From an uncultured virus (IMG/VR IMGVR_UViG_3300008450_005828) (lineage: Duplodnaviria; Heunggongvirae; Uroviricota; Caudoviricetes): DNA of 20,000 nt. The DNA is taken from IMG/VR virus record IMGVR_UViG_3300008450_005828; one strand, 5' to 3'. Of this stretch, positions 1 through 7,790 are shown piece after piece; position 1 is the stretch's first letter, and every line of letters starts with the position of its first letter. The translations under genes and the position numbers were made by a program. The notes beneath the pieces were generated by a model, which saw only the letters and a program-made list of their open reading frames with translations, was not told where the DNA came from and ran no database searches.

Positions 1-1657
1 AGTTAATATATTGACCTGCTGGACCAGCACGATAATTTCCAGCATCGCTGTCTGCTAGATAATACGGATCACCCCAGATTCGTAGTTTTAATTCAACGTT
101 ATCAACATCACTGTTTAAAACAAGCAAGTTAAACAGATTTGCAGTACGCATTTCATTTGTGTCGATTCCAGCGCCTGCGGTTCTTGTAGTTTCTTGTGTT
201 ATAGGAGCAATTTTTTGTTGCGGTCCACTTCTTCCCTTTGATTCAAATCCTGGACCGGAACTTACATCATAGTCCTGTCTATCTCTGTTAGGAGCAACAA
301 CATATGCTGTATTAGAATCAATTCCAGATTGTAGATTTACAAAAGGCTTAAAAAATGCACTATTAACAAAAAATTCAAAGTCAATAATGTCTGTGTTTTT
401 TCCAGTATACGAATAGTAATATGCTTTAACACAATCATTGATATTAGGAACGTAGTTATATGGAGTTGAGGGTTCTTGAAACTTACTACTGTGTATTTTC
501 CAAGGAATAACATCGTAGATATATCTAAATGCTGGTTTGCCACTGTTTTGCATTTCTTCTGTGCTGATTATTTCTAACTTGGCATCTATTCTAAACCAGT
601 CAACCATACCTTTGGCATCTGGCTGTCTTTCTAATAGACCTTGTCCCCAAGTACTTGTTAAAATAACATCGTTAATGATTTGTTCAATTTTAGAACCTTC
701 ATTAAAGTAAAAAACTCTTGAACTTTTATCAACAGCAAAATTTTCAAACTGAACTGTCTGATCATCCATAGACACTGCTTCTAAGCCAAAAAGATTTTTA
801 CCTAATTCACTAAAATCTTTGATAATTGTACTGCTTCCGATATAGTTTGTTCCCCCGGAAACTGCACTTGTAACAGCACCCATTGATATAAAAGAAGAAA
901 CTATATCGTTTGATTTTCCGTACCCAGATGTAGTACCTTCATTTGGATCAGGAAAACGTATTACATATTCGTCCTCAACCTTTTTTTGATTTAGTACAAC
1001 TTTTTCAAGTTCTTGTCTATTCAGTGTTTCGCACAAATTATTCAGTTTAGAAGCAACTGTAAGTCCATACATTTCAACATTTGTTCTTATGTTTTGCACT
1101 TCATCAGTAAAAGCAATGTGATTATAAGGAATTGCAGATATATTATAAACTGTACCGCCGGAATCAACTTTAAATTTACAATCAATTAATTTTATAACCA
1201 AAGTTCTTTTTTCGACTATTACAGGAGTATCAGAATCTGGTGTCCATCCAACAAAATCGCAGGTCAAAAAGAAAGGTGCTTCAAGGTATGAATTCTTTGT
1301 ATATCCTCCCATCTCTGCGCCAACTACCAATGACTGAAAAAATAGACCAATACTGTAGGGTTCTGTTACTGTAAAGTCAATGCTAATTGCACTAGAAACA
1401 CCTGTGGTAGGGTTAGGCGAAATCAACGATTCTATGTTAATGTCATCAATAAAAAATTCTAAATTTATTCCTAATTTATTTTCAATGTCAGTTTTAACAG
1501 GTTTGTTAGGAAGACCACCAGATTGAATTATTACTAAATTGCCGCCTGTATCTTTATAGGTACTAGGATTTTGTAATTCACCAGCGGCTATTACCCCAAA
1601 CGACCAACGATAGTTGTATGATTTGTATTGATGTAGAGGATTTTTTAATAATGCCAT
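1..1657 (-). CDS. Partial (runs off left edge) baseplate/tail hub-like structural protein, >550 aa
   Basis: Missing from the ORF track because its stop lies outside the window. Hand translation from ATG at 1657 gives MALLKNPLHQYKSYNYRWSFG...IDFTVTEPYSIGLF...YYYSYTGKNTDIIDF...LRIWGDPYYL with no stop to position 2. It starts 1 nt after the stop of the gp53-like gene. The hub function is inferred from context. Confidence 0.7.
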   Translation of the reverse strand, partial: MALLKNPLHQYKSYNYRWSFGVIAAGELQNPSTYKDTGGNLVIIQSGGLPNKPVKTDIENKLGINLEFFIDDINIESLISPNPTTGVSSAISIDFTVTEPYSIGLFFQSLVVGAEMGGYTKNSYLEAPFFLTCDFVGWTPDSDTPVIVEKRTLVIKLIDCKFKVDSGGTVYNISAIPYNHIAFTDEVQNIRTNVEMYGLTVASKLNNLCETLNRQELEKVVLNQKKVEDEYVIRFPDPNEGTTSGYGKSNDIVSSFISMGAVTSAVSGGTNYIGSSTIIKDFSELGKNLFGLEAVSMDDQTVQFENFAVDKSSRVFYFNEGSKIEQIINDVILTSTWGQGLLERQPDAKGMVDWFRIDAKLEIISTEEMQNSGKPAFRYIYDVIPWKIHSSKFQEPSTPYNYVPNINDCVKAYYYSYTGKNTDIIDFEFFVNSAFFKPFVNLQSGIDSNTAYVVAPNRDRQDYDVSSGPGFESKGRSGPQQKIAPITQETTRTAGAGIDTNEMRTANLFNLLVLNSDVDNVELKLRIWGDPYYLADSDAGNYRAGPAGQYIN

Positions 1658-1658
1658 T

Positions 1659-1961
1659 TTAAATTCCTATAATACTGCTCAACAACGAACCTTTTGGCAA
1701 ATATATTTTGTTTCCAGGTACAAAGTCAAAGACAGGATCCTTAAGAACATCCATGTTTCTAACTGCAAAGACCCACCATAGTTTAGCACTTCCATAAAGG
1801 TCAAATGCCAGTAGGTCAGGTCTGTAAGTGTACTGAGGTTGTATTTCGTACAAGATATCGTCGTCTCTTGCTGGAATATTTCTCTTGGTATAAATTCCCA
1901 AGTAGTTGTTTTGAACTATTTCTGTTTTGAACCACGGGCTGGTATTTGAATATTCAACCAT
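1659..1961 (-). CDS. gp53: Baseplate wedge subunit, gp53-like / LysM-type baseplate protein
   Basis: The motif YRPDLLAFDLYGSAKLWWVFAVRN...GNKIYLP is typical of gp53/LysM-like baseplate proteins. The ATG overlaps the upstream stop (TAATG). Confidence 0.7.
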   Translation of the reverse strand: MVEYSNTSPWFKTEIVQNNYLGIYTKRNIPARDDDILYEIQPQYTYRPDLLAFDLYGSAKLWWVFAVRNMDVLKDPVFDFVPGNKIYLPKGSLLSSIIGI

Positions 1962-2821
1962 TAGATAAATCCTCTGTCACTGCCAATGTATCCACCTTTG
2001 GCAAATTCATCAAGATTAAATTTGCTTACTTCGTCTCTGCTGTATGTTGGCGATACTGTAACGTTTAATCTGCTTAGTGTAGGAACATAGGTATATGAAC
2101 TTGTTGTATTATCTGTTGATGCTCCTTCAACCACCGGAACTTTAATATAATCAACCGAATCAGGGAGGTCCATGGAAAATAATTTTACAACCACTGGCAC
2201 TCTATTAAAAATAAAGTCTCCATAGCCACTCAAATAAACCAACGGAGGTGGCGAACCTCTGTTTGGCGATTCACCATAGAACATTTTAGTAACACTTCTT
2301 AAGAAATGTACCGATGCCATCCAGTATCTACCGTCGGCTTCGTTTTCAACTGGCCATTCAGCAGTAATAGTAATGTCTTCAACTGCACTATTTTGGTATG
2401 TAGGAAATGGATAATTAGTATGTACAGGAGCAAGTGTATTGTAGTTTGCAGTATGGCTAACTAAAATCTGTGGAGTAGTAGGAAATACCATACTTTTGTT
2501 TGATGTTACTAGAGGAGCTAAAATTGATGACGACGAAAATGAATCAATTTCCGGTAAATGAATTCTAACTCGCCAATCTTCGCTAGCAGTTTGTGATGCA
2601 GCACTGTAAGAACTGTACGATCTTATAGTATCATTGAATTCTGCTCCTACTGGAAGATTACCCAGTCGATTTTGTGAAATAAACTTTGTAGGATTTGTAA
2701 AATCTTGAATTGTTCGTTTAATATTGCTTTCAAAATTATTAACAAAGTTTATTGCACTACCAATTTTATTAGCAGTGGAACTGACTTTGTTAACTAATTT
2801 GCTTAAACCTGATAATGACAT
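1961..2821 (-). CDS. Baseplate tail-tube initiator/cap-like protein (gp48/gp54-like)
   Basis: Contains MVFPTTPQI...HFLRSVTKMFYG...GSPPPLVYLSGYG...VPVVV, a tube-initiator-like motif set, and sits upstream of the LysM/gp53 gene as in contractile tail loci. The start is moved from the track's 2836 to the ATG at 2821, which follows a GGAG Shine-Dalgarno (SD). Confidence 0.6.
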   Translation of the reverse strand: MSLSGLSKLVNKVSSTANKIGSAINFVNNFESNIKRTIQDFTNPTKFISQNRLGNLPVGAEFNDTIRSYSSYSAASQTASEDWRVRIHLPEIDSFSSSSILAPLVTSNKSMVFPTTPQILVSHTANYNTLAPVHTNYPFPTYQNSAVEDITITAEWPVENEADGRYWMASVHFLRSVTKMFYGESPNRGSPPPLVYLSGYGDFIFNRVPVVVKLFSMDLPDSVDYIKVPVVEGASTDNTTSSYTYVPTLSRLNVTVSPTYSRDEVSKFNLDEFAKGGYIGSDRGFI

Positions 2822-2839
2822 TTTCGAATACTCCACATA

Positions 2840-2847
2840 TATTTAGT
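2840..2847 (-). promoter_or_regulatory. Late-type promoter core (ACTAAATA) driving leftward baseplate genes
   Basis: TAAATA at 2845-2840 on the minus strand, just upstream of the SD. It matches the core of the T4 late promoter TATAAATA. Confidence 0.55.
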
Positions 2848-2875
2848 TGACAAAATTAACTACGTAGTTTAAAAT
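2847..2875 (+). promoter_or_regulatory. Sigma70-type promoter for gp55
   Basis: TTGACA (2847-2852), 17 bp spacer, TAAAAT (2870-2875). An AGGAG SD follows before ATG 2899. Confidence 0.75.
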
Positions 2876-2898
2876 AAATTATACTTCTAGGAGAAAAA

Positions 2899-3723
2899 AT
2901 GAAGAAAGTAAACTATCTTAATAACAAGGATATGCTTTTAGAAATACATAAATCAAAAAATACTTTTTCGAGTTTTGTAGAATCTGAATATGCGGATTAT
3001 GATATTATACTACCCAGTATAGATAAAATAAACATACGAACCATTGCTGAAGCAAAGAAAAATAGAGCAAAAAAACTATCGTCGGAAGCATACGAAAAAG
3101 AAAAGACTGCTGGAAACAAAGTTAAACTAGCAGATGTCGAAATAGATTACAAAAAAATAGAAAAAAAAGATTTAATTTTTCGTATTACAACATATGACCA
3201 TATTCCTGACGAAGCAGGTCGTAAGAAAAATCCAAAAACCATAGCCGATGGAAAAACAAAGTTAAACTTCCCTCCATTTCAACATTGGAAATTCAACGAC
3301 AACGACGAATTAATCTGTGTAGGCAAAAGTCACTGGTCTGGCGGTATGGAAAACGGACATTTTAGTAAAGATCACGGCCGTGCAACCAATAAACTTGCTC
3401 TTATGTGGATGAAACTCTGTGATAGATACGCTACACGCGGTAACGTTCGTGGTTATACCTACAACGATGAGATGAAAGGGCAAGCAATCCTGCAACTTTC
3501 ACAGATTGGCCTTCAATTTGACGAATCTAAATCGCAAAATCCGTTTGCTTACTACACTGCTGCCGTCACAAACAGTTTTGTTCGTGTTATTAACATCGAA
3601 AAGCGTAATCAGAACATAAGAGACGACATTTTAGAAATGAATAACTTGAATCCTAGTTTTACTAGACAAAGTGCAGGCGAATTTGAAGCAGGACTCAAAC
3701 GTTTTAACGACAGTCATGAATAA
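2899..3723 (+). CDS. gp55: Late-transcription RNA polymerase sigma factor, gp55-like
   Basis: N-terminal NYLNNKDML and C-terminal RGYTYNDEM...FDESKSQNPFAYYT...NSFVRVINIEK match gp55-family motifs. It lies next to gp47/gp46, the usual neighbours in T4-like phages. Confidence 0.85.
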   Translation: MKKVNYLNNKDMLLEIHKSKNTFSSFVESEYADYDIILPSIDKINIRTIAEAKKNRAKKLSSEAYEKEKTAGNKVKLADVEIDYKKIEKKDLIFRITTYDHIPDEAGRKKNPKTIADGKTKLNFPPFQHWKFNDNDELICVGKSHWSGGMENGHFSKDHGRATNKLALMWMKLCDRYATRGNVRGYTYNDEMKGQAILQLSQIGLQFDESKSQNPFAYYTAAVTNSFVRVINIEKRNQNIRDDILEMNNLNPSFTRQSAGEFEAGLKRFNDSHE

Positions 3724-3730
3724 AAACGTG

Positions 3731-3759
3731 TTGACAATCAACGAGTTAGACTTTATACT
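3731..3759 (+). promoter_or_regulatory. Sigma70-type promoter for gp47-gp46 operon
   Basis: TTGACA (3731-3736), 17 bp spacer, TATACT (3754-3759). GGAG SD at 3772-3775 before TTG 3785. Confidence 0.8.
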
Positions 3760-3784
3760 AAAAAACAATACGGAGTAATAAATT

Positions 3785-4795
3785 TTGTTTAAGAAAGCCG
3801 CTGTATTCACCGACATCCACTATGGTATGAAGGGCAATTCGCGTGTTCATAATCAAGATTGCGAGGATTTTGTTGATTGGTTCATTAAAACTGCTAAAGA
3901 AAACGGTTGTGAAACCGGAATCTTTTGTGGTGATTGGAATCACAACAGAAACAGTCTCAATCTAACTACTATGGACAGTGGTTTACGTTCATTGGAAAAA
4001 CTTGGTCAAGCATTTGATCAATTTTTTATGTTTGCAGGCAACCATGATCTCTACTACAAAGATAAAAGAGATGTAAAGTCAACCGAATTTGCAAAACACA
4101 TACCCGGAGTTACTGTGGTCAATGATGTTCTTGTAAAAGATGATGTTGCCCTAGTGCCTTGGCTAGTAGGCGAGGAATGGAAACGTATCAGCAAAATCAA
4201 AGCACGATACATGTTTGGACATTTTGAACTTCCTAGTTTTTACATGAACGCAATGGTTCAAATGCCCGATCACGGCGAACTTAAATCAGAACACTTTGTG
4301 AATCAAGACTATGTGTTCAGTGGACACTTCCATAAAAGACAGGTTCAAGGTAAAATTCATTACATCGGCAATGCGTTTCCGCACAACTATGCCGATTCGT
4401 GGGATGATGCACGTGGAATGATGATTCTAGATCGCGAAAACAATCAGGAACCTGAGTACATCAACTGGCCAGATGCTCCAAAGTACCGTACAATTGCACT
4501 TTCGCAGTTGATTGATCAGAAAGACACACTGCTAAAGAGCAAAATGTATCTTCGTGTTACTATCGATATTCCAATTTCGTTTGAAGAAGCAAATTTTATT
4601 AAAGAAACATTTATAAAAGAATACGATTGCAGAGAAATTACGCTTATTCCACAGAAACAACTCGACGAAATGACGTCAGACATTGATATTGCTAAGTTTG
4701 AAAGCGTAGATCAAATTGTTTCCAATGAAATTCTTGCAATTGACAGTGACAATTTCGATAAGTCACTGCTACTAAACATCTATAGTGAACTATGA
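3785..4795 (+). CDS. gp47: Recombination endonuclease subunit, Mre11/SbcD-like metallophosphoesterase
   Basis: Phosphoesterase motifs DIHYG, GDWNH, GNHD, GHFE and SGHFH. TTG start with SD; ATGA overlap with the next gene. Confidence 0.92.
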   Translation: MFKKAAVFTDIHYGMKGNSRVHNQDCEDFVDWFIKTAKENGCETGIFCGDWNHNRNSLNLTTMDSGLRSLEKLGQAFDQFFMFAGNHDLYYKDKRDVKSTEFAKHIPGVTVVNDVLVKDDVALVPWLVGEEWKRISKIKARYMFGHFELPSFYMNAMVQMPDHGELKSEHFVNQDYVFSGHFHKRQVQGKIHYIGNAFPHNYADSWDDARGMMILDRENNQEPEYINWPDAPKYRTIALSQLIDQKDTLLKSKMYLRVTIDIPISFEEANFIKETFIKEYDCREITLIPQKQLDEMTSDIDIAKFESVDQIVSNEILAIDSDNFDKSLLLNIYSEL

Positions 4796-6573
4796 CCATA
4801 AAAATCAAAGACTTAACTGTTAAAAACTTTATGAGTGTGGGTAATGTTACCCAGGCTGTTGACTTTAACCGTGAACAGCTCACTCTAGTGCTTGGCGAAA
4901 ACTTAGATCAAGGAGGTGACGATTCTGGTTCTCGTAACGGTACAGGTAAAACCACAATTATCAATGGTTTATCGTACGCCCTGTACGGCCAAGCACTAAC
5001 TAATATCAAGAAAAATAACTTAATTAACAAAACCAACAACAAAGGTATGTTGATTACGTTAAATTTTGAGAAAAACGGTATAACTTACCGTATTGAACGC
5101 GGAAGATCACCTAATATTCTTAAATTCTATGTTAACGACATAGAACAGTTTGCCGAAACTGTGGATGAAAGCCAAGGCGATAGCAGAGAAACACAAAAGG
5201 CTATCAACGATCTGCTAGGTATGAGCCATAATATGTTTAAACACATTGTTGCACTGAATACCTATACAGAACCGTTCCTTAGTATGCGAACCAATGAACA
5301 AAGAGAAATAATCGAACAACTTTTAGGTATTACACTGCTTTCAGAGAAGGCAGAAACACTAAAAGAACAAATAAAAACAACCAAAGACCTAATCACTGAG
5401 GAAACTCTTAAGATCAATGCTATCAAGTCAAGCAATGAGAAGATAACTCAGAGTATTGAAACACTTAAGAGTCGTCAACGTGCATGGAATCTTAAGAAAA
5501 ATCAAGATATCGAGAAACTAAAAGAGTCTATCAACGAACTTGAACAACTAAACATTGAAAAAGAACTCGATGCACATGACAAACTGGTAAACTGGACTGC
5601 TCTCAACGGCGAAATTGTATCGTTGAACAAACAAAAGAGTACACTAGGCTCTGCTTTGCTTCGTGCAGACTCATCTATTGAAAAAATTGCAAAAGAAATT
5701 GACGATCTTGCTGACGCAATGTGTTTTACTTGTGGTCAAGCACTTCATGCAGACAAGAAGGCTGCTATTCTTTCAGAAAAAGAAAAAGAACTGCATGAGG
5801 CAGTGCAGTATCAAGACGAAATTAGTAAAAAACTCAAAGTTGTTGAAGATTCCTTGTTTAAAATTGGTGATATCAACGGAAAGCCCAGTACTTTCTACGA
5901 AACTGCAAAAGAAGCATACGATCATAGAAGCAATGTTGATAGTTTGAAGTCTGCACTGGGGTTGAAACACAACGAAGAAGATACTTACGCAGCACAAATC
6001 GACGATCTTGAGACCACAGCCATACAAACCATCACATGGGATGTGGTAAACGATCTTACTTTGCTCAAAGAACACCAAGAGTTCTTGCTTAAACTGCTTA
6101 CAAACAAAGATTCGTTTATTAGAAAAAAGATTATTGAACAGAATCTGTCATATCTCAATCAAAGACTCACTTACTACTTAGATAAGATAGGATTGCCGCA
6201 TCAAGTCAAGTTCTTAAACGATCTCAATGTTGAAATTACACAACTTGGACAAGATTTAGACTTCGACAACCTTTCAAGAGGTGAAAGAAACAGACTTATC
6301 CTTGGCTTGAGTTTTGCTTTCCGTGATGTTTGGGAAAGTTTGTATCAAGGTGTTAACTTATTGTTCATTGACGAGTTGATTGACTCAGGTATGGACACTG
6401 CTGGCGTTGAAAATTCTCTTGCAATTCTTAAAAAGATGGGTAGAGAACGCAACAAAAACATATTCCTTATCAGTCACAAAGATGAATTGATTGGTAGAGT
6501 AAACAATGTTCTTAAGGTTATTAAGGAAAACGGGTTTACTTCTTATGCAAACGATATTGATATAGTACAATGA
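4792..6573 (+). CDS. gp46: Recombination endonuclease subunit, Rad50/SbcC-like ATPase
   Basis: KNFMSVG, Walker A NGTGKTT, coiled coils with a central zinc hook CFTCG, ABC signature LSRGE, Walker B LLFIDE and H-loop ISH. Confidence 0.93.
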   Translation: MTIKIKDLTVKNFMSVGNVTQAVDFNREQLTLVLGENLDQGGDDSGSRNGTGKTTIINGLSYALYGQALTNIKKNNLINKTNNKGMLITLNFEKNGITYRIERGRSPNILKFYVNDIEQFAETVDESQGDSRETQKAINDLLGMSHNMFKHIVALNTYTEPFLSMRTNEQREIIEQLLGITLLSEKAETLKEQIKTTKDLITEETLKINAIKSSNEKITQSIETLKSRQRAWNLKKNQDIEKLKESINELEQLNIEKELDAHDKLVNWTALNGEIVSLNKQKSTLGSALLRADSSIEKIAKEIDDLADAMCFTCGQALHADKKAAILSEKEKELHEAVQYQDEISKKLKVVEDSLFKIGDINGKPSTFYETAKEAYDHRSNVDSLKSALGLKHNEEDTYAAQIDDLETTAIQTITWDVVNDLTLLKEHQEFLLKLLTNKDSFIRKKIIEQNLSYLNQRLTYYLDKIGLPHQVKFLNDLNVEITQLGQDLDFDNLSRGERNRLILGLSFAFRDVWESLYQGVNLLFIDELIDSGMDTAGVENSLAILKKMGRERNKNIFLISHKDELIGRVNNVLKVIKENGFTSYANDIDIVQ

Positions 6574-6842
6574 GCGACGAAGACGATATACACGATAAAC
6601 TAACCAAAGCATATTTAGAATATTTCAAGGCAAATGCTGCATTTGAACAGCGTCCAGGAGAGTTAAAGCGTCGTGAAGCACGACGCTGGCTTTCTGTTAT
6701 CAGCAAACTTGCAAAGGAAAGACGTAATCAAATTATGGAAACACATTTGAAAAAGTTTGATGACGGTAGAGTAAACAATTGGAAGTACGCATTGAATGCT
6801 CGTCAAAAGAAGGCAGAGAAGAAGAAAGCCGGCGATACATAA
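6570..6842 (+). CDS. Small basic helical hypothetical protein
   Basis: 90 aa ORF coupled to gp46 by an ATGA overlap. K/R-rich (RREARRWLSVISKLAKERRNQI), so possibly nucleic-acid binding. Confidence 0.7.
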   Translation: MSDEDDIHDKLTKAYLEYFKANAAFEQRPGELKRREARRWLSVISKLAKERRNQIMETHLKKFDDGRVNNWKYALNARQKKAEKKKAGDT

Positions 6843-6845
6843 TGT

Positions 6846-7271
6846 ATGCAATGGATATATCAAGGACAAATCATAGACACTCTTCCAGAAGATTGTATTG
6901 GGTTTGTCTATGAGATTACAAATCTACTCTCAGGACGCAAATATATAGGCAAGAAACTAGCAAAGTTCACAAAAACAAAGTACAAAGTAGTAAAACTCAA
7001 GAACGGCACCAAGAAAAAACAAAAAATTAAAGAAAAAATCGATTCAGATTGGCAAACTTACTACGGATCTAACGATAAACTCAATCAAGATGTACAAGAA
7101 CTAGGCACAGAGAATTTTAAAAGAGAAATACTTTATTATTGCAAATCCAAGGCAGAGTGTAGTTACGTTGAAGCAAGAGAACAATTTGCTCGACAGGTTT
7201 TAGAATCAACAGATTACTACAACGGTCAGATCAGTGTTCGTGTTCACGGTTCGCACATTTTAAAATCATAA
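6846..7271 (+). CDS. GIY-YIG family endonuclease (Seg-like, free-standing)
   Basis: GFVYEITN...KYIGKK (GIY-YIG variant), YYGS, FKREIL, a catalytic-type Glu (YVEARE) and a terminal YYN motif. Confidence 0.8.
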   Translation: MQWIYQGQIIDTLPEDCIGFVYEITNLLSGRKYIGKKLAKFTKTKYKVVKLKNGTKKKQKIKEKIDSDWQTYYGSNDKLNQDVQELGTENFKREILYYCKSKAECSYVEAREQFARQVLESTDYYNGQISVRVHGSHILKS

Positions 7272-7273
7272 TA

Positions 7274-7680
7274 GGCAAAGCATACAGCACACAAGGTCGG
7301 CGGGCCAGTTCGTAATACCGCTGTGGAAAAATCGGTTTGATACCCGAACACGTAACATATTGATTGTGGCGAACCCTAACAGTTGATATAGAATGCTTGC
7401 TGTCATTCAAAAACACCGCTGCTCCTAAAAACCGTAATCACTGGAACGAGGATACGGGTAGAAAAATAGTTTCTACACTATAAAACAAAATTATAGGTTA
7501 TAAACTATATTTCGATGTCGACGCAGGTAGGGAAAAGGTCAGAGTCCCTGGAGTTGGTGTATAAACAAAAAACCTGCTTCCAATGTCTTGGCTGGTGATA
7601 CTCACAGAAAGTTTTCAAGACGACGGGACCGTAACAGGTTCCGTCTGACCAGATTAATCTACAGAAAATTTATACACTTC
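7274..7680 (+). ncRNA. Candidate large structured non-coding RNA (family not recognised)
   Basis: No credible ORF. Many helices: 7298-7303/7318-7323, 7357-7367/7379-7389 (3 G-U), 7413-7425/7550-7560, 7432-7436/7453-7457, 7528-7533/7545-7550, 7585-7591/7615-7621 and 7622-7630/7637-7645, plus loop pairings. The G-U pairs favour the + strand. The ends are approximate. Confidence 0.6.
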
Positions 7681-7756
7681 GTGCTTATATAATTAAAAAA
7701 AAGATTATGTATTGAGCGTAAGCGAAGATACAGATGAACGCAGTTCATCTTGCTAT

Positions 7757-7764
7757 GATAAATA
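7757..7764 (+). promoter_or_regulatory. Late-type promoter GATAAATA
   Basis: One mismatch from the T4 late consensus TATAAATA. It lies upstream of an AGGA SD and ATG 7791. Confidence 0.6.
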
Positions 7765-7790
7765 AAATAAATCATTTAGGATCTAATAAA

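Noticed and set aside
337..543. 68-aa minus-strand ORF, and the other short nested or antisense ORFs in the track
   Set aside because: It is out of frame inside the long 1-1657 gene. The other small ORFs likewise overlap well-supported genes.
7231..7416. 61-aa minus-strand ORF over the start of the non-coding region
   Set aside because: It is short, overlaps the nuclease gene in antisense, and has no SD or recognisable motifs.
6846..7680. GIY-YIG gene plus structured RNA as a group I intron with homing endonuclease
   Set aside because: No interrupted host gene flanks it, since gp46 and the neighbouring ORFs are complete. I could not place convincing P3/P7 core sequences.
7520..7690. RNase P RNA or tmRNA (ACAGAAA, GCTTA, pseudoknots, ...GACCA)
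   Set aside because: No GAGGAAAGTCC/P4 pairing for RNase P, and no tRNA-like acceptor or T-arm for tmRNA. The similarities are short and wrongly spaced.
7734..7790. Track's upstream start (ATG 7734) for the 199-aa ORF
   Set aside because: It lies inside a hairpin and upstream of the late promoter. ATG 7791 has an SD and a typical N-terminus.
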